The notes below the pieces were generated by a model that was not told the DNA's origin, did not search any database, and saw only the letters and a list, made by a program, of their open reading frames with translations. A stretch of DNA of 56,317 nt, the filler included, from Platydemus manokwari (lineage: Eukaryota): assembly GCA_037951405.1 (NCBI GenBank). It is 6 parts of 6 records of this genome, joined end to end, with 100 filler letters (N's around TTAATTAATTAA, not from the genome) between each part and the next. Parts side by side here need not be neighbours in the genome. Positions count along the whole stretch, not along the records: positions 1 to 9,837 come from JBBMOY011198321.1; positions 9,938 to 18,756 come from JBBMOY011344537.1; 4 more parts are not named here. One strand, written 5' to 3'. This document shows positions 1-13,600 of the stretch, piece after piece; position 1 is the stretch's first letter, and the number at the start of each line of letters is the position of its first letter. The position numbers were made by a program, and so were the translations under genes.

Positions 1-107
1 TGGCAAAATGTCCCGTACCTCGCCTCAGCGATTAACAGGAATCCGGTATCGGATGGAAAATAAAAAAGAGAAATACGTACGCGGACGTTAAATATAATTA
101 GTTAGAT
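1..107 (-). mobile_element. Possible Helitron-like non-autonomous element 5' end
   Basis: The minus strand begins A|TCTAACTAATTATATTTAACGTCCGCGTACG (5' TC after A). A homologous segment lies in opposite orientation at ~334-380. Confidence 0.35.
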
Positions 108-399
108 AATTAATCAAATTCAAAGTTATACAATGGTCGTAATTAATTAGTTGAAAGTTTAAATTAATTATCATGAATACTTATGACCAAAAAATAGAAC
201 GTTACTCACTATTGTTTGTCACGAATATCCTAATCGCTCAAATGTGATAATTTCCCGTCGTTTACGAAAAGCAATGATCTGTTTTCTTCAACTGAAATGT
301 ATTCCTTCACTTCGGGATGATCCTCGGAGTAAACTAGCACAATAATATTAAACGTCCACGTATGATACCGGATTACTTAACGATATTTCTATTATTCTG

Positions 400-540
400 A
401 TTGTCAGTGTTGTGCTCTTCCTATTGTAGTCAGCGCTGTTGTCAGTGTTGTTTTCTGGTTGGCAGTGTTCAGTTTCTTCTCAGTTGTCTCTCGGTGTCAG
501 TGTTCGGTTTTTTCTCAGTTGTTTCTCGGTGTCATGCCAT
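400..540. repeat. Degenerate short tandem repeats (TGTCAGTGTT; TTCTCAGTTGTyTCTCGGTGTCA x2)
   Basis: Directly visible repeats. Confidence 0.7.
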
Positions 541-2296
541 GATCAGCAGTCTCTATTTATACTGACTGATCATGACACCTACGCGCTCAGCTCTTCATGC
601 CAATGCGCGTGTTACTATTTTTGTTTATGCGCTTGGCTGAGTTTTTCACGCTTTATGCGTTTTTTAATTATACCGTTCTCACGGTTAAAAGCACATAATT
701 TTCTTATTTCTTATTATTGATAAGCATTATTTATTAAACTTTTTTGTTTACTATTATTATATTTCTATGCCTATATTGTTAATTATCTTTATTACATTAA
801 TTATCTTTGTTATATTAATTATTTTTATCATATTAATTATCTTTATTAATTATTTATTTATTTTAAACTTTCCGCGTTTTTCTCCTTTTTAATCCTCCAC
901 CGGATTTTTACAACAAAAAATAAAAATTAAAAAATAAAGAATAAAAATATTGAAACACATGATAAAATGTTAATGTTAGACACATAATATTAATATTGTT
1001 ATAACACAAAGCACATAATATCAATATTGTTATGACACAAAGTAAATTGTTTCTTTTTTGGATTGTTGCATTGTTTTGGGATTGTGTTTGGGGCGAACTG
1101 TTGACATCATTTTCACATTTTCATATTCTGGCTTGTTATATTCGAGCTCCTACCAATCCATACTCAAAGATTAACTGGGTTACAATATTTTACTCATACG
1201 GGAATCCTAACTAAATTTATATTTTTGAGATATTTGTACAATTTTATATTTTATATACTAGGTGGGTTAAATGGGGATTTTGTGCTTATGTGCTAGGTGG
1301 GGATCCCAACATATTTATAATTGTTGTATTATTGTAATTATTTATTAGATTTTTTAATTCTTCAATTACTTTTATTTATTATATCTATGCTATTAACACA
1401 CAATAAACGTTTTATTTACTGCTAAACCCCAGATATTAGTGAAATAACTTCGTCTATAAATCATGATTTTTATCTGCAATATTAAATTATTATTCAAATT
1501 ATCGATAATTAAAGTTTGAATTATCATTTGAATCACTTATTTTATCAAATAAAAATTCCACCAAAAATCAGTAAATTAAAAATTTTATTTCAAGACCTCT
1601 TGCTTAACTTAAGCCACCTGAACCGATCTATTTATTTTAAATAAATTCGGAACTGCTTAATGACCACCACGACTCAGATGAAACATTAAATAACAGATAT
1701 TTTGATATTACATAATTAGAGCATTGAACCTCAATAAGAATAATCTCTTACTCTTAAAATCCATTGAAAATTTTTAAAATTCAAATTCTTTTCGCAATAA
1801 AATTATAAATTCGACTTTATAATAAAAAAGTTTATAATTCATTTTATTCTTAATAATCCTACTTGTGTTAGTATACTTTAATTATTATATTATTCCATGT
1901 AAGATACTAATATGCATAAGTATTTTTATGTATGGATAGAACTGTTATTTTGATGTGTAGTGATCTCATGAGTAATACATTATTTTGTAGAAAATTGATA
2001 AAAATTTCCTTATTCGGTGTCTAGAAATATTTGAATTAATAATATTATGATGACTGTATTTTTAATGTGAACATTATAAGAAGCGTCTTTTTTATTATTC
2101 CACGCTGAGTGATAACAATCCATGAAAACAATTGTATCAGTGTTGTGTAAGAACTATTTGGTGATCACTACCAATTTTATTCACTCAGTTCTATAATAAA
2201 ATTTTAGTAATAATAATAACAGATAGTCATTAAATCATGCGACCATTATAGAATTACCTATATAAGTCTATCTACTGAAGTTGTTCATTGTATCTG

Positions 2297-2753
2297 ATGT
2301 TTCTGTTCACTTTCAGCGCCATCTCATTGATAGTTCTCGGTTAGAACAGATATTTATTGATAAGATTAATGCAATTCTACTTTTTAAAATAGGAAGTATC
2401 ATTGAAACAAATGGGATATCGTGCAAAGCCACCGGGGTAAGTCCAGATCCAACGAATTGCACAGTTTGTGGGGTAAGATTTCGAAAAATTATTTTATTAT
2501 AAGATTTATGATAACTGATTAGAGAATGCTGTATGTTTCAAAAGGGGAATCAACACTGACTCAAGGCTGCATTACATCAAGTGCTTCTAATGCTTGCTTT
2601 TCGGGTCAATTGACTTCTTATGATCAGACCATAACAATTTATAGCTCATGCTGTTTGACAAATCTGTGTAATGCCGGCCTACACATCTTTTATTCCAGAA
2701 CAGTTGGCATAATTTCATTCATAATATGCCTATATTGGATTAATTGGTTCTAA
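2297..2753 (+). CDS. Ly6/uPAR (three-finger) family protein, secreted and probably GPI-anchored; exons 2297-2339, 2393-2472, 2523-2753
   Basis: GT-AG splicing keeps one frame: MFLFTFSAISLIVLGSIIETNG-ISCKATGVSPDPTNCTVCGRMLYVSKGESTLTQGCITSSASNACFSGQLTSYDQTITIYSSCCLTNLCN-AGLHIFYSRTVGIISFIICLYWINWF*. It has a hydrophobic signal peptide, the CCxxxxCN LU-domain terminus and a hydrophobic C-terminal tail. Confidence 0.85.
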
Positions 2754-5276
2754 TATCATAAAATGATTTCATTTCATTCTCTTCATTTTATTCGCAACTC
2801 AAATCCTCATTAGATTTCTATTTTGTTTTTTATTAATATTTTTGTATATCATTGATTGTATCGGTATTTTATTTCTTCTAACTTTAATTCATCTGTGAAA
2901 TTGTTGAACATTATTATTCATATCGGAATTATTTTATGATCATCCTTGTATTTGAAATAATTTTTAGAATAAAAAATTTTCGTTATTCAAAGCGCGATTT
3001 AATTACACTTAAACGCTTATTGTGTTAGCTTTTATTTCAAAGAAAAACTTCCTGATTCAAGACCAGGAGTTTTGAATATAACTTCTATTAACTGCACACT
3101 ACTATATGAAGGAGTTTGAGCTTAAAATTCTTTTTATCATTGCTAATTAATATAATCGAAAGACTAATGTGAATTCGCTGATAAGATTTTTGACAAACAT
3201 CTAACTCGTAGACCAGTTTTCAACTGATCAGAATATAATAGTCTTATATTGTTCAGTGATGAATAAGAACCTATGGAGGATTTCATTATCACTTTCCAAA
3301 GAGCCACTGGTTCTCGTAACAACTGTACTTTTGTTCCCTTTCAGCATATGCTTCACATTAATACACATACATACATACATATAAGTTCTGTGTGATTATT
3401 CTGATAACCATTGTTTTGTAGTCGGCAATTTCTTATGATCATAAATGACTTTGTTACTAAGTGATTTTTGAGTACAATTTTGAGTTGAAAACATCAGTGA
3501 TTTTATTTAAAGTGTACGAAACTTTATCGACATTTAATACATAATCTAACCCGAACGTCATATACACATGTACATCAACCCATTGATGGTGAAATAAATT
3601 TAAAATATTTAGAGTTAATATACACACTAACGAACAAATCTATCAACGACATACGAAATACAAATGATAATTTTTGTATAAATAAGTTTCAAAAAATCAC
3701 CAACGGAAATGTCACATGCTGTGTACACATTTCTAAAATCATTATAAATCAGAGTGTTCTTACCAGTCGATGTTTGTGTTTCTTGGCAGAGATAAGTTGT
3801 TACGACTTTCAAATAAGGAAACTGCAGCTATTTAGTTTTCAATTTTAAATTATTCTGATCAAAACGGGCATTTTTTTAAACAAATCTAAAATAATTATTT
3901 AATGAGTAGAAAATTAGTCTAAATAATCAGCATTGGTATTTGAAATCCTAGTTGAATTCTAATAATTTCTAGTTGAATTTTAATAACACGAACTTTAGAA
4001 ATTATGTGCAAAAATTCATCGCCAGTAAGGGATTTATTAGTTGATCACAACCATAGAGGAAACTTGATTTCACAAGTTATCTATATCTTTCAAGACTTAG
4101 CTCGCTATCAAATCATTTTTGTAGTAGAATCGATATTATTTTCAAATACGCTCGTATTTTCCTTAAAAACACTCTTTAGCGTATGATAGCTTGAACATTG
4201 AAATGACTAGTGTTACACCCAAATTGTTAATGTGATACTATTGTTCTATTATTATAACTATTTAATAACTATGTACTATTAATAGTACTTATTCTTTCAT
4301 TCTTATTGATTTATACACCCAACCTACAATTTGAAGGAATCTTCTGAAGGATTATTTGGGTGCACATCTCCATCTATAATTCAACGTTCCATTATAGGGA
4401 ACTTGTGATCAATATCATATATTAAATCCCATTAAGTATTCTTATTAGAAATATATTCTACTGGATTTCTTAATGACTAAATAATTCGAGGTCGGGGTTT
4501 AGCGACTATCAAAAACTAGATATTACTGAAAGAGAATAACTTAATATTGTTGTAAACTCTGATTTCTATAGAGAAATTTATTGATGTATAAATATCGATT
4601 TTTTGTTGATAATTAATTAATATTATTTTAAACTGAGGAAAAAATGTGATGTTTTTATGTTGATGAAAAATAATTTTAGTTATTCCAAAATAAAATCTTG
4701 TTAAAATAAATTTCTCCATTAGAATAAAATTCCATCAATAAATTGAATATTCAATGAAATCAGAATGATAAAAATGATTCTGATAAAAGTATCCGTCAAA
4801 TAAACAATCACCTCAAGCTAATCCTAAAATTTTCCTTCATAAAAATAATCTTGCCAAATACAAAATTACATTCTGAATTCAAGCACAGAGAAAAATAACG
4901 AGCATTAAAAATAATCCCAGATAATTTTTCTTTTCTAATAACTGACCAAATCATTTCCTATATAAGGTCAGACAAAATGAGTCAAGGTCTACAATTTGAC
5001 TTTTTTGTCAGACAGAAAACTTACAGAAGAGAGAATTCGATCCCACGGAAATTTATTCCTTTCAATAGATAAACAATTTGTATGCCTAGATTAATTACTG
5101 TAAGATCAAACAACAAATTCATATTCTATAACCAATGATATTCATATTTATATTATATAGAACAATTGACCAGCTCTAAGTAACGAGAGACAATATATCG
5201 ACAATCTTTTCTGGAATTGATAAGATCAGAATTAATCTATATCTCAAGATAAAATTTAATTAATTATTGTTGGTAT

Positions 5277-5282
5277 TTATTA

Positions 5283-5318
<36 letters not shown>

Positions 5319-5322
5319 TATT
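5277..5322. repeat. (TAT)n microsatellite
   Basis: Directly visible. Confidence 0.9.
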
Positions 5323-6300
5323 AATTGATTTTGTAAATATTCATTGCGAAGACGAAGTTTTAATAACTTTCAAATAAGTAATAAATACATAGCGGGATTA
5401 GCTCTCGAAAGTAGGACTGCGACAAAGATAGCATCTCTAGAGATTAGTTGCTGGAAAATCACGATTAAGTCACACAGACATTAGATATTTCTCACTCCTT
5501 TGATATGCTTATCATATGTTTGCCTGATATATCAAGGCTGTACTTATCATTTCACGTCGGTATTTTATCAAATTTTCTTGTATCTCTCGTACCATTTACG
5601 TATCTCGATGACTGATGCTTATTATTTGTGTGCGCCAATTGATTATCGAATTCTGCATATGAATTAATATATAGATTTCATCCGATTAAGTATTGGCACA
5701 CATACTAGTGAAAGATATGTATATCAATCATTTGAGAGCTATTTCCAAGGTTTCAAACATTAAGTATAATATATCATATAAGGTCCACATATATTAGTTA
5801 TATACTGTTTACAACCAGTAGGAGACAAATATGGGTATTTAATGATGACCTTGTTCTGATATTCAATATATATCAATAGTATTATGGATTTGAGACATAT
5901 AAAAGTAAAGAAAATTGTAAAATAAGTTTTTGATTGCAAATCAAAATTTTGTCAATAAGAAATTAAAGTCGTCGGAAACTAATAGTCATAATAATGTCGC
6001 TTAACATGTAGATGGTAGCAGTAGGAAATTATTAGAGACAGTTTTTAAAATAAAATATCAAGATAAATTTCTTAGAATTCACAAATTAATTTTAAATTTT
6101 TTATAAATGCTCATTGATATGCCTGATATTTTATTAAATTTAATTCAGAAACATTTCATCAAAAATATTTTGAAAACAGAGTTATTAATTTTCTCGTAGT
6201 TTACGATAATTTTAATATATTTTTAGTATCCATTCAACTAAAATAATACATTGTTTAAATATTTCCTTTATTCTGTTAAAAATCAAATCTAAATTTAAGA

Positions 6301-8391
6301 ATGTTAAACGGTTAATTTTTTTTAAATATTCCAAATGTAAAATATTATTCAGAAGAAAATAAACCATCTCTTAATTTACGAAAGTCAAGTTTCAGGAAGC
6401 CTAAGAGTAGTTTTGATAATTGGATCCACTGGATTTAAAATGCTAATAATTAAATAATTAATATTTGTTTAATATTTAAATTTATTTGAAATAAATTTAT
6501 TTAAATACTTTTAAAACTCATTTCGATTTTTAAATAGTTAAGTAAATCTTAGATTTGTATTTATAAAATATGTTGATAGTAATATTTATCTACTTAATAT
6601 GATTTATTTTAAATTGTTCTCCTAATTCACAAAGAATTTTTATGGATATAAATTAATGATTCTAAGGTCCTAACACCAGGAAGCCTGTTACTCGAGCAAG
6701 TTCGACGAGAAAGAAGGATGGTGTTTTACCAAATGAATCGAAAGATATGACAACTAAAAGTATCGTTTTTAGAGCTAGCATCTTATTTATTAAATTGTTT
6801 TGCAGTGAGTAATATTGATAATAAAAGTGTAGAAGACTTAGAAAATGTATTCCAAGAGAAAATAAGTCTAGTAATAATAATTATTGATCCATTATTCTTT
6901 CAATAATAATTGTTTAGAAATGTATGACTGACCAATATTTCCATCAAAATTTTGATAAAACGAAAGTTGTCTCATCGAAAAAAACTCTAGCAAATCTTGG
7001 AAACAACAGATTGACAGCTGACCAAGCTGCTAAATTAATGTCAAAGCTACCCGATTTGAATTGTTTACAAGAAATACATGAGCGAATAAATAATATAGAG
7101 CTCAATATTTTTCCTAAATTGATTATCGAATTGAAGTGTGTAAATTTATTATTTTGCAATCTCTGATTGGTCAATATGTCTCATGACGTCATCAATCAGA
7201 ATCAAAAATTTTTTATTAACAATTAATAAGACGTTGTCATTAAGAAATCATTATAATATTCTTCTTCATGGATTTGGATCCAAATTGAAATTGATGGAAT
7301 CATTTGTGAGAATGTATCTTTGTGAAGAGAATTGCTTGGTAATCCCCGGTTTTCTGTCAAATATTACAATAACCCAAGTAAGATTGATCTGACAATTGAT
7401 TCAGTTGATTAAACATTTCCAAGTAGATATTGAACAAAATTATAGAGAGTTACAATATTAATATGAATATTTCTTCAAAATCCCCATCAATATTAGCTGC
7501 TGCAATTCGAGATCATTTCAATGAAAAATGCAATGATGATCTTTATCTGGTAATACATAATATCGATGGACCAGCAACAATTAACAATTTGGACATCATT
7601 TTCATTTTGTCCCAAGCGAGGTCTATTCATATTATCGCTAGTGTTGATCATCTTTATTCTGATCGTTGTAAGTTTTGACAAATTTGATTGGTCAATTAGA
7701 TTTTCGTTGCTAACCTATGTAAATCTACTGATTAAAAATTATGAATAGTATATAATTATTAATTTTTAAATAGTTTTATTTAACAATATGTCATTATTAA
7801 TTTCGAAAATAGTCTTGTAACGATGACAAGGTTCTGCTACATAAAAATTAATCAAATAATTTATTTAAATTCAATATAAAAAATATTTACTGATATTAAA
7901 CATTAAACTTCATTCTTCAGTATGGGCCAAACACGATCCAAACTGGGTGTGGCACGATTGTACAACTTGTTTGCCCTATTCTGTCGAGACATGTGAAGGA
8001 AATTCGCGTTTGATGTCAGAAAATAGCGCAGCCGGTCTTGATTCGTTGAAAGCTGTAACTGCTTCACTACACGACAATGCCAAACAAGTTTTCCTTTTAG
8101 TCGCCAAACATCAAATCGAGAACAAAGGTCCAAAATACGATGGAATGCCGGTGGACATTTTGCTGCGCAAATGTCGAGACTCGTTTCTTGTTACCAATGA
8201 GATAGCTTTGAGAAATCTGTTGACGGAATTCAAGGATCACAAATTGATCCAATTCAAATTCGTTGGTTTTCTTTCATTTGGATTGCTTATAAAATTTTGT
8301 CTTACAGGGCTACGATCGATCGGAATATGTGAGCATCAGTTTGGACAACCATTCTGTCCAGGAGTTCGTTGATAATTTCAGCAAATTTTAA
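6301..8391 (+). CDS. ORC2: Origin recognition complex subunit 2; exons 6301-6310, 6353-6406, 6667-6759, 6806-6870, 6918-7135, 7245-7377, 7427-7667, 7921-8261, 8308-8391 (412 aa)
   Basis: All introns are GT-AG and the join stays in frame to TAA. ORC2 motifs: YNILLHGFGSK, LYLVIHNIDG, IHIIASVDH, WHDCTT..PYSVET, CRDSFLVTNEIALRNLLTEFKDHKLI. The 5'-most exons are less certain than the core. Confidence 0.93.
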
Positions 8392-9837
8392 CACTGACTA
8401 CCGAGTTAAATTCATATTTCATCATTATTCAATAATTAGCTGCCATGTTAATAATAATTAAATACATAAATATTCCATTTCATTATCATTTAATCGATAA
8501 TTCAATACTAATAATGATTTCGGTTATTTGACAATTTATTCATTCATATTAACCTATGAGATATTTGATGACTAAACATCAATTTGTTTTGTCTGAGTTT
8601 ATAATGTCTATCCAGATAATATTATTGATTGTGTGTGCATTGAAGATTTAGGATTGGCTGATCAATTACATGTGTGCTCGATAAACATTTAAAATGAGTT
8701 TTGAAATTTATTTGAAACATTTCCAATTGCTGGTGTTTCGTGTTAATTAATTAGTCTATGTTTTGTGATTATCAAGTAGTTTATTAATATCTAATTATTA
8801 GTTTGTAAGTAATATATGATTATATATTATTAATATATAATTGTTTATTCAATGAACAGTAAATATTTATTGTTTTATGAATTCTAATTTAAATTTATTT
8901 GTAAGAAATATAAATTGTTGAACAACAAGTTGTTATCCATCATTATGAGGATAATTAATTAATTTATTCGATAATGAAAATATTTTAATAGAAAATGATT
9001 CAACAAATTTGCTTCGTATTGAATAAATTATTGCAAAATATTTTTTATGTTTTTTGCGACTGAAAAAATTGGAAATTACATGAGAATGAATACTTGTTAA
9101 CATGTGCTCATCATTAAGTATTACAATAAATATTTATAAAGACGGTGAAATAAGTTTTATTTTGTGAATAAGATTTATCTTTATTTATTATTATGATTAC
9201 TGATATTTGATTTATATATTGCTCGAAATTATTATTCAAATCAAATCCAGTGTAGTGAAGAGCAAAAAATATGCACTATAATTGTTGAGTTCTCTTATCA
9301 GAATGTTGGTGATTGGATTTAACATGAAATCTGATGATAGAATGCTTATTTATAAATATTTATATATTAATGACTTTTGATTAAATAATGGGTATGGATT
9401 TATGGTTTTCTTTAAATGATACATCGCACAAAAAATAAGGCTTGCGTGTGGATAAATAGTAAAAAGTCGACATACAATTACTTATTATCAATATTTAAGA
9501 TGTAATAGTTAAAAGTGTGAGATACTGATGCTCGGTATCGTAAATGACAACATTAACAAAATTTTTGTATTTCCAAATTGACTTTTGTCCATTTCTAAAT
9601 TAAATTTTATCATCAATGAATACCAGTAGTAGGAAACGTCACTTGTTTTTTGTTAACATTATTTAGGGTATTTTGTGCTAATATGGCACCACAATTTTAA
9701 TCAAAAATCAATTATCACAGACCATATTTTAAACATAATATATCTAATAATAAAGGTAATAGTATTTATTTATCACAAAGTTGGTTTGATTTACCTAAGA
9801 AAACAATTAGAAATAATTCCAACTTTATTATTTTGTT

Positions 9838-9937
9838 NNNNNNNNNNNNNNNNNNNNNNNNNNNNNNNNNNNNNNNNNNNNTTAATTAATTAANNNNNNN
9901 NNNNNNNNNNNNNNNNNNNNNNNNNNNNNNNNNNNNN
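9838..9937. other. Artificial contig spacer N44-TTAATTAATTAA-N44 (also at 18757-18856, 28172-28271, 37736-37835, 47495-47594)
   Basis: Five identical 100-nt blocks. The 12-mer places stop codons in all six frames. Confidence 0.95.
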
Positions 9938-10036
9938 ATAACAAATTATTCAAAATTTAAGATTATCAATTTAGAATATATTAAAAGTGAAATCTAAGAA
10001 AAATTACCTCTGTCAGGAGTGCTAATAATTCAATCA

Positions 10037-10636
10037 GGCTAAAGTTAAAAAAAGGGTCCTAAAATGAAATTTTAAATTTGCTGAGTGTATTGCAAAATCC
10101 TATATAGTTTATTTAATTATATTCTTTAAAAACATTTTGAATTTCTTATTTAAGATATTAAGAGGTATTTTAGTTGTTTGAAATCAAATATTAAATACAC
10201 CAAAGCTTCAAAATCTCTTAAAGTGTGATTATTTGAAAAAGTGATAAAAATAGGTCGAATTGCAATTTATTGAAAATTAACGAGTGCCTTTTTTAACATT
10301 AGAAGCCAATTGAGAGATATTCTCAATTTTACAATTATTTTATAAAAATGACCAATGATATTATTAAACATATCTGTAATTTACTAACTCGATTTATAAT
10401 TATAAAAATTTAAAAACTCAAATATTCATGTATAGAAGTGTTGTGATTAGAATAGGAATTTGGTTTTAAAACTGTTTTTTCACTATTAGACATCTTAAAA
10501 AATGAGATATTAACTGAATTATACGAATAAATCTAACATAGCAGTTATATATAAAATTAAGTTATAGCATTATCTCATTCGAGAAAATTCATCATAACGA
10601 AAGTAGGCCAAAGCACCCTTTTTCTTAACTTAAGCC
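10037..10636 (+). mobile_element. ~600-bp MITE, family A copy 1
   Basis: TIRs GGCTAAAGTTAAAAAAAGGGT...ACCCTTTTTCTTAACTTAAGCC, non-coding, and collinear with four other copies in the window. Confidence 0.85.
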
Positions 10637-13600
10637 TGTTTAGTGATTATAAATAGATTTGAATTTAAAATTATTTACAGCATTTAAATATTTTAAAACA
10701 AATTTATTTGTATTTATTTAAATTATATATAATTTAAATTATATAATTATTTATAATTACAAAAGCATTTAAATTATTTCGATCAATACGCACCTCTCTT
10801 GAATATATTTTAATGAGTAAAATATTAGTTTAAATCATTTGTTTGTAAGAAATATATATGCTAGGGGATTTCTTAATGAATGATAAATAATTTAAAAAAC
10901 TATGTTGCTATAGTTACCGCTAACAACTCCAATGATAATCAAAATTAATATGGTGATGAGAATTATGTTGATGGGAGTCACTAATGTGTCCTCATCTTTA
11001 TAATACCCATTGTCAAATTCATGAGTAAATAACAGAATAAACTATTTGAAAATTAATTGACTTAAATTTTTATTGACAAGTGCTAAGAATTTTGGAGAAT
11101 CTTGTTGATTTAGTCAAGATTTTCAACATTTTGAGAACAACCTGAACACCTATTGTACATGGAAACAAATGTTTAAATCAGTGTTGAGCTAAGCCATATG
11201 TAAGGGCTATAAACCAAATATTTCCGCAATTGTATATAATCACGTTTAATCTTATACTAACGGACAGTCAGATCGAAAACTTATCGACGCTTTTTCCAAT
11301 GAAAATAAGTTACCGATATAAATAACCGATTAGATAGACGTGAACCTGGGTATCAATTTAATAGAACTTGTGAGAATATCAAATTAGTATAGAATTTAAT
11401 TCATATTGAATTTAATTTGGTATTAATTTTTTTTATTTGTTTAAATAATTGTCTATAAAATAGAATTGAATATCGAGTGTTTTCAGTTCGTTTTCGATGC
11501 GTTTTTTATAAAATAGTAGCGGCTTACAGAACTCATGAGTCGTTAGTGATTATGAAGGATGATAAGATAACAGAATAAATTCATTTAAGAGATTTTAATC
11601 AGGCGACTCTTGACCTTCCAATAATAAGTCTGATTTTTTGGAGAAAAAATGAAAAATATCGTCCACCCAATCAGACGAGTAAATTTAAAATTCTTTTTAT
11701 ACTTTGAATTTCTTTCGCGATTTTAATTAATCTTAATACAAGCACAATAGCAATATCGATTACAGTAGTTATTAAACTATATTGATTAAAATAATGATGA
11801 TAATAATAGTAATTATAATATTGATAATAATAATGATAATAATAGCAATAATGATAATAATAATGATAATAATAATAAAAATAATTATAATGATAAAAAT
11901 ATTAATAATATCATATTTTCATACATGTTACCCGAACTGTATAAAACTATTTTATTAACTTTTTCTGTATATATAACCTGAACATGTTACGTTGCAATAC
12001 ATTTATAATTGAGCTCTCGACGATAGATCGTTAACTAAACATGCTCACACATGGCTGATGAGAAATAGCTCATCTTTATCAATTAGAGTGCACGATATGT
12101 ATGGCTGATATAATCAATATAATATCTTCTATGATTTGTACTATCTAGTTGTTTCCCGGCTGTGAATCCTCACACGAAATGGTCATTATTATCCTTTTTA
12201 TTTATGTGATGACATTTTATTATCATTTCAAAGACTCAATAATTTAAAACTAAAATAATTTTATAATTTTCATCAAATCCGTTTTATACCGATAAGGCTT
12301 CAGTTAACGTTAACACTTAACAATCTATAAGTTCATGTTTTACTTAAAACAAACGAATTAAAGTAAGCAATTCAGCAACGCAATTTCTTGTTTACTTTAT
12401 CTTGTTTATTTTACTGAGGCAAACCGCTTTTGTTTCAAAGAAAAATATTTGGAATATCTGAAATCTGTTGAGTGGAAGAATTTATATTAATATAATGAAT
12501 CAATATTTATTCCGATAATATCATCATCTTTTTCCAGTGCCGGGTGTCAATTACACTTCTAAATTCAAGAGATTATATTCGTGCAATGGTTTTTATTCAT
12601 CGAATTATTGTTATAAACATAAAAGAATTTCTCGTTTGAAATTAAATTTTGTTTTAATCATATTATCAATAGCGATTGTATTGAATAACGATAACGGGAT
12701 AATATTTGTTTATCATAGGTAAATCAAGATGTAAATCAAAATGTAAAAATTGTTGTATCGAAAATGTTCAAACCACTAACGGCATTTATAATGGTGAATA
12801 TATTATTAATGCCATCATAATTGTGAAGAATAACTGACTGCTCACAGTTTGTGTTTTTGAGAATGAGCTGATTTGGTGTTTAAGTTGCTTTGATATCGAT
12901 GATGATATTGCAATGATGAGTTTGTGAGATCGGCTGTTAAATTTTTGACAATGAATTGTTCTGGTAAAAATTTGGCTGGAAACTGTGTCGTTACAAATTG
13001 CATTCAGTTTGAGTTCGAAATAGCTAATGCTAGAAATAGTTAATGTTAGAAATAGCTCAAAAGAATATAGAAAAATACTCAGACTTCAAAATGCCATCAA
13101 AAGAAAGCGGTTCGACTGGACTGTGGAACTGCTTACTTTTGTTGTAGGGGTTCTCGATACTTGGCAAACACAGACAAACTTCATAGTTCTAAAGAAACCG
13201 GGGATGAATAAGAAAATGATAAACAAAATAGGTTTTGCTTGCATAAAGACGAATATGAATGCTGCTCTCACACGGAAAAGACGACAATAACAAAGACATC
13301 TTTAAAAATAGAAGATGGCGCAGCAGTGATTGGATGGCGGAGACAGAATTGAATGTATGATTGAGCTAGCGAACTGTGATTCATGGAACGCGATTCATGA
13401 AAAGAATCGTGAACATTCCTTATTTTAATGTATGGGTTTCTCGAATGTCAATGTTTATGAATAAATATTGGTACTATTTTAGATCACATACATGGGTAAG
13501 GGGGAATTATCAATTAGAGTATGTAATGGATATCAGGTTATTTGTGAAAACTATTTAGCTGTGGTTAAATCTTTGTCATAAAAGAAAAATTAATGTCTAA

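Noticed and set aside
12054-12075. Other CTGATGA/CTGAAGA hammerhead-core matches (e.g. ~9331, 12055, 17328, 45784 and minus-strand hits)
   Set aside because: No properly placed stem II plus GAAA, or the match lies within coding sequence.
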